Part shown: in pieces, positions 23,480-44,043 of the stretch
How the letters are laid out: each line of letters opens with the position of its first letter
Position numbering within the stretch: the stretch's first letter is position 1
Notes under the pieces: generated by a model
What the model saw: only the letters and a program-made list of their open reading frames with translations
Told to the model about the DNA's origin: nothing
The model's database searches: none
Position numbers and translations under genes: made by a program
NCBI RefSeq assembly: GCF_009914755.1
Contig: NC_060947.1
Source: the human T2T-CHM13v2.0 reference genome, Homo sapiens
Reading direction: 5' to 3' (one strand)
DNA: 64,000 nt

Positions 23480-23750
23480 GTTTCGCTTTTGTCGTGGGGG
23501 CGGGGTGGGATAGTGGACTCGTACCCTAACAAAGACCCACTCGAGGCTGCGTGTCGGCCCGGGGGCAGCAGGGGGCAGGAGAAGCTGGCTCTAGACCACG
23601 CGTTCCTTTTCACGTGACCAGTCGCTCTCTTTCCCGTGGCGGCCCTGCTTCCGGCAGGGGCATCACCCGGAAGTGGGGGTAGTCGAGGGAGGGAGGGGTA
23701 AAGGCGGCTGGCCGCCGCGGCGGGGGGTGGGAAAAGAGAAGCAGAGGGAG
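23480..23750 (+). promoter_or_regulatory. ATP7A CpG-rich, TATA-less promoter
   Basis: GC box GGGGGCGGGG ~23496, TCACGTGAC 23610-23618 (E-box/CLEAR-like), ETS GCTTCCGG 23647-23654 and CCGGAAGT 23667-23674, G-runs. Confidence 0.85.
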
Positions 23751-23891
23751 GAGTTGTTGCTGCCGCCGCCGCAGCCGCAGCTACTGTGACTTCTCCGATT
23801 GTGTGAGCTTTGTTGGAGCCTGCGTACGTGGATTTATCGCTGCCACGGTCTGCGTAGCTCCAGAGGTTTAACCATAGGATAGAGAAACCAG
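23745..23891 (+). other. ATP7A: ATP7A non-coding exon 1 (5'UTR); TSS approximate; intron 1 continues past the right edge
   Basis: Recognised 5'UTR ...GTGACTTCTCCGATTGTGTGAGC...GGATAGAGAAACCAG then consensus donor GTAAGT (23892); no ATG in the exon; short (GCC)n tract ~23759-23780. Confidence 0.9.
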
Positions 23892-24710
23892 GTAAGTCCT
23901 ACATTGGCTTCCCGTCGTCCTTTCTCCTGGAGGGGGTCTTCTGTGCTGTCAGTTTGTACTACGAGTGTGGTGAGAAGGTCATGTTAGTCTGGGGCAGTCT
24001 CGAAAGTCTCACTTATTCACAATTCAGGTATTAACTACATTTATGTTTTACCTCCCCTAACAGGGGATAGAGGAGGGGAAATTAAATCCTGACCTGTGTC
24101 ACTTTCTTGTACCCTCTTGGAGAGAATGTCCTGATCATCCATGGCCTACGTTACCCAATTAATTGAGGGTACAAGAAAGTTTGTGTTTGGCATTGAAAGT
24201 CACATGGACTGGGGTCTTTGCTTAGTGACACCTCTTTATACTTTGGAAGCTAAGGTTACTAAAATGACCATAATTGATGAAATAATAATTGAAAAATAGA
24301 TATTTGGCTTCTTGTCTTGCTCTGGGAGCGTAAGGTAAACTGAGAGAACTCTTGTTTCCACTTAGTTTTGTTCATTGTGCCCCCTTTCCAGTAAAGTTAC
24401 TGTCCATTGTCCGACCCTGTGGCATCTTATCTTTGACACTTTTCTTCGTTGTAGACGTTGAGATTATCTTAAGCACAAACACTTATCGTTTCACAATTCA
24501 GCGTTTGTCCAGGATCTGATCTTTATTTTAATCACAGACTCTTTATCTACAATAGTATGGCTTTGTATTGAGAATATGTGCAGAACATTGAATTAGATGA
24601 TACTGAGGTTATTAATTTTTTTTTTTTTTTGCCGGGTGCGGGGGGGTGGTGGGGAGGGGGTGATGCACAAGAAATAAGACAGAGTTCCTGGCCTCAAAAG
24701 AGTTTACTTA

Positions 24711-25026
<316 letters not shown>

Positions 25027-27069
25027 TTACATACAATTGAGTCCGAATTGAGTCAGTTGAATTCAGCTATGAAGACAACGGTTTCTAGCAGCCCCACTGA
25101 CTGAATTACTAGGTTGCTTATCACATCCTTTTCAATGGTTATTTTTGAACTGGCATTTTATTATATTTAACATTTTCTGGTGTCTAAGGTCATGACATGA
25201 GAGAGTTTTTTTTGTACTTGAGGATCTCAATGTAGTAGGAAAGAAAGATACACGATTACCTAAACATTTAAAAAATCTCACTAACGTTATATATTAGAAA
25301 CAGGAGGTGTTATGAGAGTGCAGGGAAGGGAGCATGTGAACTGGGCTTTGAAAAATAGATAGGATTTAGCTTTGCAGGAATGGAGGAAGAGGAAGACATC
25401 TATCTGGACTGATAGATAGAAGAAATAATGTGAGCAAAGCCATGGGGGTCTGGAAAGTTGCCCGACATCCAGTAACACACTGTAAGTCAATATTCCTATT
25501 TCTAACAGCCACATCTTCCAAGATGTCACTGATTAAAATTAGAAAAAATATAGAATACAAAACTAGTCAGCTCACAAACATATCCAACTGCCCTCCAGCC
25601 AATAAGAAAGCTTATATAGAGAAAAAAATACATGGAAATGACAAAAGCAATGTTAATGTATGAGGCTTAATTCTGATGTAAACTCAAATCTAAAAGAGAA
25701 AAAATGTAAAACTCGCTATACTTTAATTCTGATTGAGTGTTGTGCCTTAAATATAATTTGGAATCATTTTTAAAATTGTTGGGAATGAATAACATTTTCT
25801 GAAGTGAGCAACTGTTCCAGGTTTTCCCCAAGGAATCTCTGCTTTTCCTTTTTTCCTCTAAATTGATTTCTCTCTATTGATCTTCTTAACTTGATAGGAA
25901 CTATTCTATTCCGATCACAGCCTTAGAAAGATCTTGATGCCTGCCCTCAAGATAAGGTTAAACACTAATCCCTCCAAAGGATAGGTTAACATCTCTGTTC
26001 TCTAAAGCAGAAGGTTGATTTTCTTTGAAAAATGCTTGCAGAAGCAGTAAAATTTGCTTACAAAACAAGAGAGAGAGAGAAAAGAGTGCAAAAATAACCC
26101 CAGCTAACACACCACAACCTTCACTTCTGTGAGGGCGCTAAAGGAAATACATTTTAAAAAAATAAATTCCTTGTTATAACTCCTTTTATCTATATATTTA
26201 AAAGCTCTTGGCAAACTTTATTAATCAAGACTTTGGACATCCTGATGAGTGAAAATAATCTTCATTTGCCAGTTGGGAAAGTAAATTGCAAGGAGAGATT
26301 TTTGTCTGAACTCATAGAAGCACTAGCATAGATGAGAATAGTATTTGGGAGTTTTGTCTCAAAATTCCTTCTATTCATCTTTGTTAAAGGGCAGTTCAGG
26401 TTTTAGCGTTTTGTTTTTAGACAACGATATTTCTTAGGATATAGCTCAACATGGGGCCGGGGCAAGGGGGAGGCTGGGGGACAGATGAGTGATAGGCAAT
26501 GGTTAGGCAGAGTATTTTAGTTCACTCTACCATCCCAGCAATCATGTTTTTCCCTCTTAAATCTCAGTCTTCAGGTTGATTTAATGTGATATTACTTGCT
26601 TACTTAACTTGCTGAGATAGTTTGGCAGGAAAAATATCAAAATTCCTTTAGAATGTGTTTCATTAAAGTAAAAGGGTCCTGTGTTTCTGATTTTATAAAA
26701 TGTTCTTACTTTTTCCAGCACTGTTTGCAAATTGAAGTGATTTCCTAATCTTTTTGTGCCCAAATGTATGAGATATTGGTAGACTACATCAGTTTTCACA
26801 GATACCTCTTTCCTTGAAGGAAATGAGGGTAAAATACCCCATTTTGAGTCAGTTATGTGTACTTTGTACCATATTTTCTGTTCACATTTAAAATTATACA
26901 GCTATGTCTCAAGGATGAAAAAAGAGTTTTACTTATTTTTACTATTAATCTCTAGTGTAGAAGTCCAGTTTTTCAGACCTATAATCAGGAGTGCATTTTT
27001 AACAATTTACCAGTTGAAATAAATGGGTTATTTCACATTGTAGGGATATTGTTTTAGACTGGCCATTAA

Positions 27070-29493
<2,424 letters not shown>

Positions 29494-31105
29494 CTACATA
29501 TGCTAACATGGCATCTTAAAGCTCATTATTACAGCTGGCAAATCAAATCACTGTGATGTGCTCATCCTATTTCCCTATCAAGAAAACTCATAACAATCTG
29601 CTTCTGTAATTAGTGAGCCACAGACTCTAGGCCATCGAGATTTTCCACATTCCCTAATTGTCAAATGCTGAACCATACTTGTACTGAATAAGTTGTGATA
29701 CAGTGTAAGCAAGGGAAAAGGCCTTATGTATGTCTAACCTACTCTGCAAATAGCTGCATTCTTACAAAGTTGTGTGTAAATTGAATTTTTACAAAGCATG
29801 TCAGCACTTTGATTAGTACATTTTTATTGTGTGCTTATTGCATATTCAGTGTTTCCTGTGAGCTATACAAAGAAGCATAAGGCATATGTTCCAATGTCTA
29901 GCAAGAGAAAGAAGTTTAATACCAAGCAGAGAGAAATTAGGTACTACTAAACTATGAAACTGATTCCAGGGTATTCGGAATTTAAAAAGAAAGTGGCTAG
30001 GAGTATTTGACATGATTTTTCATGAAGGAGGTGGGACTTCAGTTCATTTACTTACTCAACAGTGATTTATTGAGTAGCCACCATGTTCACTGGTGGTATG
30101 ATAGTGAACAGAGCAGATATGGTCCTGTTTCTGTGGAGTTTACAGACTAGTGAAGTAATAGAACTTAAATATGTGCAAGAAAACATTCTAGGTGAGGGGA
30201 CCAGTTCTAAACAAAGTCATAGAAATAAATGATAAGAGCATGGACTATATGGCAATCAGTGAAGGGACTTGCTTGATTGTAGTAGAGATTTTATGTTGGG
30301 GAGGAGCACTGCAAGTGATAGATGCAGACCATCTTTTGAATGCTTTGAAGAACTATTTAAGTCTGTCTAAAAGTCCTTTGGATACACTGTTCTGGAGAGG
30401 GTTTGGGGCTTTGGGGTCATACTGCCTTGGTTTGATCTCATCTCTACTCTAATTTGTTTAAGTTTAGAATTTTATAGTAAGTTTTCTCAGTGACACAACT
30501 CTATAGGCAACAAACTGATATTTACAGAGTGGTTGGGGTCAGTAACCCTTGTATCAGTTAAGCAATGTACACATGAAGTGCCAGTAGGAAGTCCAAGGAA
30601 AGGTTGGGAGAAATAAAAGGAGGTTAGTAAAGGAAAGAGAAATAAATACATTCTGTGATAGTTGGTAGAATGTCATCAGAAATGTCTTCAAGCAAAACAA
30701 TACATTTGCCTGTCTTTTGTTTCTAGTTGCGTTTAATGGTAGTGTGTTTTCCTTGTCTAAATATGAGAAAGAGAAACTAAACTGCAGCTACTTGACGTGG
30801 GCATCTGAGAGCTACCAATGGTTGGCTTAGGTTATGTTCTACATTTGAAGCATCTGGTCAGTTTTAGATTGTCTTCTATATTTGAAGCATCTGGCTAGAC
30901 CACTTGTGTCCCAGTTTTCTATTTTACCTAAACTCAACTTGGTCAGAAGCTTATGTAGTAAGTATTGTTTGTAACCTGTGTTAGTACTCTCTTAACATGG
31001 CTTAAAGCATGAATGGATTGTCAAATGAATACCTGTTATGACCTGTATTTTTTCTTGTTACCTTTGGATTTAATGTAAGTATAATAATGCTCTAAGAACA
31101 TTTGA

Positions 31106-31430
<325 letters not shown>

Positions 31431-32509
31431 GCTTATTCAGGTGCTTTTAAGAAATTTTTTCCACCAGAAAAGTAGAAATGATCATACCAGACTACCTTTG
31501 TCTCCTCCCAATCTTTTATTATGGTGATGTCCAACCTTGTTATAAGGAGGAGCTTCTTTTAATCTCAGAGTCATGAGATCAGGGCAGATACTGACAGTAT
31601 AGTTCCTGAGAAGTAGTTGCTGGCTGTGCTGTTCTTCCTTTCCCAATGGGAATCTTAGCTGAGACATGTAGCAGAGAGAAGACATTATGGGGAGCCAGCA
31701 TGGAGCTTTATAGGAGGTGAGGTGTCTAGATCTACCAGTAGATCCCGATTTGCAGGTTTGAGACTCCTACCTTATTTCATCCATGGCTGTTGCATTGTAC
31801 AAATCTAGTGGGCAGCAGCCACAGTCTGTAAAAATTATGACATGGAATTACACAATGTGGCAGCCCTGGAAACTACCCAAACCACTTCTATTTCTAGTCC
31901 TGTATTCCCTTCAATACCTACTACATCCAGCAGCCGTGATAGTCCCAACACGTTTATCATTTGACTCTCTTTGCCTCCCACTTGAAGGCTCCCCTTTAAT
32001 CCAACAGATAAAAATTACATCTTTGTCTAAGGATTTCAAGGTGTTGCATAAATTTTCTTATTCTATTTAAGTATACTCATCAAGAAAATGATAATAACTG
32101 CCTCGTCTAATTCATAGGTTTTTATCAGTATCAAGTGGAATAATGTATGCAAAAACTTCATAAATTAAAGAATACTACACAAATATAATATTCTTTTCAG
32201 ATATATTATGTTGTGGAAAGAATACTGAATTCCAATCAGATGTCTGGCATCTCAGTTCTTTCTGCTATTAACAAACTGTGACTTTGGACAAATTACTTTG
32301 TGCTCTGGGGACTTTGTTTCCTTACCTATAAGAGGAAACTTATAATGCCACTCCTATCTACCCAGACACCTAAGAGCTACTTTTTCCTCACCTCCACATT
32401 CAGTCACCAAATTTGTTGTCTAGTTCTTAAAATTTCTTAAGTTGGTCCTGCCCTCTCTATCTCCATTCAGTTCCTAATCACTTCCCTTTTGGGCAGCAGC
32501 CTGTTAAAA

Positions 32510-34143
<1,634 letters not shown>

Positions 34144-34479
34144 TGGGTAATAACGTTTTAACTGGTCCTCCTAACTCCAGGCTTTGCCCTATCAAATTTG
34201 TCCTTCGTGATCTGACCTTACTTACCTTTACAATCTCCTTGTTGTTACCATTCATGCCATATGCCTCAGCCATACCAGTGGTGGTCCTTAAATATGGCAT
34301 GCTGTTTGACAACTCTGTAACTTTATTCATGGCTCTTTTGTCTGAAATTTATTTCCATTCTTCTGGAGAACTCCTACTCAATCTTCAAGGCCGTTTACCT
34401 AACAATAGTGGATGGGTGAAATTATGATACGTTCATATAGTGGACTTCTAGTCAGCCTTTTAAAATTATGGCATATATA

Positions 34480-35672
<1,193 letters not shown>

Positions 35673-35969
35673 TCAGTGATAGACCAATTGGTTGTTTATT
35701 TTTTATATTTGCTTATCTGTATTTCCTGTTTTTCTCCATTTGACATTTATTTCTTACATTTGGGGAGCATGAAAAAAGACACAGTTAAAGCATCTCTTCT
35801 GTGAAGCCTTCCCTGATTTCCCTTCCTTCGTCCTTTAGGGCACCAGAATACCTTGCATCCCTGAACTCCTTAAAGCCTGTATTATATTCATTTACATTTT
35901 AATCCCCAACTGGGACTAGTGCAGAGCCTAAAAGATACATGAACTTAGCCATATTAGTAAGGTGAAAAT

Positions 35970-36165
35970 GGAATTATGTGCAAGCACTTTACACATGTTA
36001 TCTCATATACAGCACTCAGCAGTCTCATGAGTAAGAGTTATCTGTGTTTTTCAGATGAGGAAACTGAGCATCAGAAGAGACCAAACAATTTGCTGAAGGT
36101 ATACAACAGTAAGCAACAGAATTTGGATTCAAATCCAAGTCTGTCTGATGCCAAAGGTGGTCTTT
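35970..36165 (-). mobile_element. MIR SINE
   Basis: CAGATGAGGAAACTGAG core and GGATTCAAATCCAAGTCTGTCTGA. Confidence 0.85.
36055..36098 (+). other. Candidate 44-nt MIR-derived alternative 5'UTR exon of ATP7A carrying a uORF (MRKLSIRRDQTIC*)
   Basis: Acceptor TGTGTTTTTCAG|ATG, donor AAG|GTATAC; TGA at 36094-36096. Confidence 0.6.
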
Positions 36166-36616
36166 TCAATGTATATTGAATGACTGAATGATCTAATGAA
36201 TATATCTGCTGTCTCAGATGACATAATTTATGAAAGACTTATTGGTAAACAAATATGCTATATGAATGTAAAGATATGTTGTTGTTATTTTCTGCTATAT
36301 TTTCATCTGCACCCTAGATTCTGACTAGGCAAATGAGCTTTCCTTCTCCCCATGCACAATTTTTTCCCTCTGTTAGTATAAATTGGCAATTTTGGCTCTC
36401 CATTTGTCTTTTTATACTGCCCATGCTCTTTCCACTCTTTAGGAACCTGACTCATAATTATGATATTAAGCTTTTCAGATTAATCTAGCCATGTCCATCA
36501 GATTTACTGTTGTGTGTACATGTTGAGAAAACTAATTAGAAAGTATCTGGCCAGATACAATTTGTTTCAGTGATGCCAAAGTATGGTAATTCCTAGTTTA
36601 ATGTGTTTACCTTTTT

Positions 36617-36659
36617 CTTTTTTTTTCTTTCTTTCTTTTTTTTTTTTTGAGACAGAGTC
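36617..36659 (-). mobile_element. Extremely 5'-truncated Alu (11 nt of body plus tail)
   Basis: T-rich tail + GAGACAGAGTC; TSD TGTTTACCTTTTT at 36604-36616 and 36660-36672. Confidence 0.85.
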
Positions 36660-36809
36660 TGTTTACCTTTTTTTGTGTGCTGATATGTCCACATTTAATT
36701 TCCTACATTCATATTCATACCGCTTTCAAAAGAAGGTGTTGTCAATGATAAAACATTAGACAGAAATAGTTTTTAGACAGAGGATGTTAATAAGTTCAGC
36801 CTATGTCTT

Positions 36810-36896
36810 ATTTAGGTTTATGTTTTTGTGTGTATGTGTGCACAGCCTTCATCATTTAAGTTTATGTTTTGTGTGTATGTGTATGCAGCCTTCATC
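36810..36896 (+). repeat. Tandem duplication of a ~43-44 bp unit
   Basis: ATTTAGGTTTATGTTTTTGTGTGTATGTGTGCACAGCCTTCATC, then a near-identical copy from 36854. Confidence 0.9.
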
Positions 36897-37748
36897 AAAA
36901 GAAAAAAGGCAGATAGTCAAGAGGTGTTTTAATAATTTATATCACAGCTACAACAGAATATACTAAACCAAAATTTAGAATTTGATTATAGCTTGACTCC
37001 CTACAATTTTTTCAGAATTAAAAAGATGAATCCCCTTTAAAGCAAACTAACTGAAGGGAAGCATCTACTTTGTGAAAATTGCCTGTCTAAAATGGGGTGG
37101 GAAATAACTCCCTTTTAAGTACCGCACTTTTTTTTATTCTACCAGAACCTGGTTTCTAAAGATTTCAACCTATTTTTATAGTCTCAGTTTTGTGAGATGA
37201 CAAAGTTCATCTTAGTGATTTCTAACTAAGAAAGCACAACCACAGAAACGAGGAATGGATTCTGGAAAGGGAAACTTCCTGCAAATTATGATGAATTTAC
37301 AGAAATAGTAAATATTTAAATTCCATAAATAGTTAATATTGTTGTTGATAATTATTTGTCTTGATTTCTGTTCAAGAAGTATACATTTGAATTAGCACAC
37401 AGTTTATTTTATTCCTAGCAATTTAGTATATTTTTCATAGCCATCAATATTTGGGATTCTGCTTGCTTATGATTACAAATCACTTGAAACCTGCCAGTTG
37501 AAAATTCTCAAGGGTGTGAAATGATATGGGCCTTCAGTGAATTCATTCCCCTTTATCTGTATAAAATACCTGGCTAAACAGTTGTCTTTGACAATTTTAA
37601 ATTACTGTTTCCTTTCTTAAAAACTCCTTTCCAGAAGCTGATCTCCCGTACATTTCCAGTACATAATTTTTCATCCTTATCTGTCCTGACAGTGATTCAG
37701 CTTTGAATAAGAGAGAATGTTACCAGAGTTTCACCTTTATTGGCCTAA

Positions 37749-40067
<2,319 letters not shown>

Positions 40068-40074
40068 TGATTTT

Positions 40075-40230
40075 ATACATTCCTTTGTTTGCTTATTGTC
40101 CATCTCCCTCAAGAGAATATGAGCCCCATGAAAGAAGAGACAGTGCCCCTCTTCACTGCTGTATCACCAGCACGTAGATTAGTACCTGAAACATAATGGG
40201 ACTTCAATAAATATGTGCTAACTAAATGAA
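40075..40230 (+). mobile_element. L2 3' end
   Basis: CTTCACTGCTGTATCACCAGCAC..TCAATAAATATGTG..AATGAA, the L2 terminus pattern. Confidence 0.7.
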
Positions 40231-40699
40231 GAAAGTAGAAATCACTCTTAATTCCACCATCCAGGGATTAGCCACTGTTAAGATTCTGGTATCATTTCTT
40301 TCTTTTTTTTTCTTTTTTAAAGAGCAACCCTATTAACTGATCTGGTATGATTTCTAACAAAAGTTTTTTCTCTTACATACACATTCTCATGTGTATATAT
40401 AAATTTATACAACATTTTAATAGAAATAGGACTATCGTCAATTGTTTGTAGCCTCTTTTTTCACTTAACTCATCACAGACATGATGTCATTAAGCAAACA
40501 ATTATGTGTTTTTAATGGAGATATGATAATATATTTGACCAATTCTGTATTGATATTTAGGTTGGTTCCAGTTTTTCAATCACATAAACAACCTTGTGAT
40601 AAGCATCCTTAGCCATACATCTTAGTACAGTTGTCTGTACCTTTCCTCCCCTTTGAATATATTCTTAGAACTGGAATTTCTGGGTTAAAAGGTATGCAT

Positions 40700-41021
40700 T
40701 TTTTTTATTATACTTTAAGTTCTAGGGTACATGTGCACAATGTGCAGGTTTGTTACATACGTATACATGCGCCATGTTGGTGTGCTGCACCCATTAACTC
40801 GTCATTTACATTAGGTATATCTCCTAATGCTATCCCTCCCCCCATCCCACAACAGGCCCCGGTGTGTGATGTTCCCCTTCGTGGGTCCAAGTGTTCTTAT
40901 TGTTCAGTTCCCACCTATGAGTGAGAACATGCGGTGTTTGGTTTTTTTGTCCTTGCGATAGTTTGCTGAGAATGATGGTTTCCAGCTTCATCCATGTCCC
41001 TGCAAAGGACATGAACTCATC
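40700..41021 (-). mobile_element. 5'-truncated primate L1PA 3' end inserted in an older L1M
   Basis: TTATTATACTTTAAGTTCTAGGGTACATGTGCACAA L1PA terminus; TSD AAAAGGTATGYAT at 40687-40699 and 41022-41034. Confidence 0.92.
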
Positions 41022-41048
41022 AAAAGGTATGTATATTTTAAGGCTTTT

Positions 41049-41236
41049 TTTGAGACGGGGTCTCACTCTGTCACCCAGACTGGAGTGCAGAGCTTCAATT
41101 ATGGCTCACTGCAGCCTCAAGTGATCCTCCTACCTCAGCCTCACGAGTAGCTGGGACTACAGGTATGCACCACCACACCCGGCTAATTTAAAAATTTTTT
41201 GTAGGGACAGGGTCTTACTATATTGCCCAGGCTGCC
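41049..41236 (-). mobile_element. Truncated Alu
   Basis: TSD TATTTTAAGGCTTTT at 41034-41048 and 41237-41251. Confidence 0.85.
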
Positions 41237-44043
41237 TATTTTAAGGCTTTTGATAAATATTGCCAACTTGTCTTTTGGAAACTCTGTAGGGATTGGTGTT
41301 AGTTTATACTACCATCAGCAGTATATCATAGTTCGTTAACTCAAAACTATTTTGATATTAATGATTTTGAAAAAAAAGACTTTCTAAAACACATTAAGTA
41401 TTTTTAGTGCTTTATTGCTTTTCTAAGCAGAATACCTGTACCTGATTTAATTATAACACACATACACACACACACACTCATATATATATATGACATGACA
41501 TGTGCTCGACCTGTTATTGCTCACTGTCCTTGAGTTGAGAGTAGTGTTCTTCCTTCTACCACTGCCTCCATGGGGCAGAGAGGTCCTTTCCAGAGCTGAG
41601 AATGTCAGTAAGAGATATATGTTCCTTGGCATCTTGACTTCCTAATTGGAATTTACTATATGTTTCCCCACACGAAACAGTGTTATAGCACTATTAATAT
41701 ATAGTCCAACTGTGCTATTGTCTAAACTCCTAAGAAATGGACCTTTGAACCTAGCCATCATTTATAAAGTTGTTCTTATGAGAAAACATGTTTCATCTTC
41801 AAAATTGAGAAACAACTGTTCAAGAAACCCATTTTTAAATTGAAGGTACACATTCAAAAAGTATATATTGAGGGCTTATTGTATGTGTGAAGATAAATGT
41901 GCTAGGCCGTCAATGGGTAATTCTTTTCTTGATGATGCAATGTTAAGGTACCCCTGCCCCCTAGTCATCATTTTGGTCAGGTCAGGACAACCAGTTGCAA
42001 TTGTAACCCAGGGAGAAAATATTACTGGAGTGTGTTTGCTAGGCAGGGGACCACGTACAAGGGTTTCTGCAGAACTTTGGAGGCCAGGATTGAAGGAATA
42101 GCTGCTCAGAAGAGGTAGAAGAGAAAAACATACAGGAAATGGTAAGGAAGTGGGAAAGTTGGAAAGATTAATGTGTTTCTTTTAGATTAAGGGGAGAAGA
42201 GGGTACTGTTTGTCTTCTCGAGATGAGTGAGGATGGACATTCAGGCTGACATTCTGCCATCAAAATGCCTTGTGTAGGAATATTAGTCTTTGCATATAAC
42301 TTAACAAAGCTGACCTGCCATTGTTGTGTTTTTGCTTGAGGACAGTGCCACACTGCTGCTGCCATGTACCCAAAGAATTGCTTGAACCCATCCCCTTCAT
42401 TACTTCAACTCTAATGACTATTACTTTTCATTAATTTAGGCTGTATTCTTTTCAGACAACGTAAGGTAGGGGAAAAGAGCCTACTTTTTGGAATCTCAGA
42501 GGCCTGAGTTAGAGTCAGATTCTATCATTCATTAACTTATTTGTATTAGGCAAAGGAGCTCTCACTATGTCTTCGAACTTGAATCTTCTCTAGAAGGAGA
42601 AAAGTTTTATGTGATTATTAGGATTAAAGTGTTTAAAATGTCTGGAGTATGATAGGAACGAAATAAATTTTAATTTGTTTCTTTTCTTTTTCTTTTTTTT
42701 TTTTTTTGAGACAGGGTCTCATTATGTTGCCCAGGCTGGTCTTGAACTCCCGGGCTCAAGCAATCCTCCCGCTTTGGCCTCCCAAATTTCTGTGATTACA
42801 GGCATGAGCCACTGTGCTCAGCTAAATCTTAATTTCTTTTATTCTCCTCTCCTCCACCTCATTTTCCACCCACTACCAGAATCATCTTCTATTTTAAAAA
42901 TCTGCGTCTGAAAGAATAACATTATAAAAGTAGTATATTGAGGTTAAACGTGGCCACCTGGCCATATGTTTAGCTCTCGTCCTTCACAAAACTCCATTAA
43001 TGTGACAGTGAAAAGATTTTAAAAAGGTTACACCTGCAAGGAAAAGAAAACAGGAGAGCTAAATCAGCAGAGGGATGAATTTAATATATTTTTGGAAGAT
43101 AAGAAGCACATGAAGAGGGAGAACCTTCCAGCAGAGGAGGATATTAATGAGAAGTGAGCTCTTTAATCTCACATTACCCATGATAGGCTCAGAATTTGAA
43201 GGTAAGTTGTTTATCCTGAAAGGTGAAGAAGAGACCCAGGGCTGAAAATAAGGGAAATGTTTTAAAAACTGAACAGGAAGGGATTGGACCTCTTAGTTTT
43301 TCTCAGGAGACCAGGAGTATAGTCTCAGTACTAAGTGAATCTGAAAGGCTCTGAGCTCCTGGACAGTGGGGTAGAGTGGAGGATACTAAAGCATTGGGTT
43401 GAGAACAGGGAAATTCAGTGGAAGTCTGCATACTGCGTGGTCAGCCCCTTCCCCACACCTTGCTCCCAAATATAGCAGCAAATATACCTTGCTTTGCAGA
43501 TAGGAGATTGGAGAATTCTTTTCTTGGAAAATGAATGATCCCAGAGAAAAGAATTCCAGATGGTAACATGATAGGGTTCCGCAATGAAAAAGATAGCTAG
43601 CTGCCATTCACTCAATACTGAAATGCATAGTGGTTAAAGGCATGGGCTCTAGAGTTAGGCTTCCTGAGTTTGAACTCAGACTTAACTACTTACCAGCTAT
43701 ATGACCTTGGGCAAGTTACTTAACCTATTTGTTCCTCAGTATTCCCATCTTTAGGATGGGGAAAATTATGTTTACCTCAAGATTGTTGTAAAGGTTAAAT
43801 GAGTTAACAAAGCACTGCTGATGGTAAGCTCTGGTAAATACTAGCTGAGGAAGGAGGAAGTACCCAGGGACTTCCTTAGCTGTCAAAGGCAGCTCTCGAC
43901 TTTAGATCATGCCCCAATGGTGACCAGCAGCCTTTTCTACATAGGTGGTACATGGGGTCTGAACAGGGGCTTTGACCCCACAGAAGACACCTTTCCCCAG
44001 TTCCTCTCTCTCATTCTTAACTCTGTCTTTTAGGAACATTCTT

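Noticed and set aside
42920-43620. Purine-rich stretch resembling the 5' region of an old L1/HAL1
   Set aside because: Too degenerate to assign by eye.
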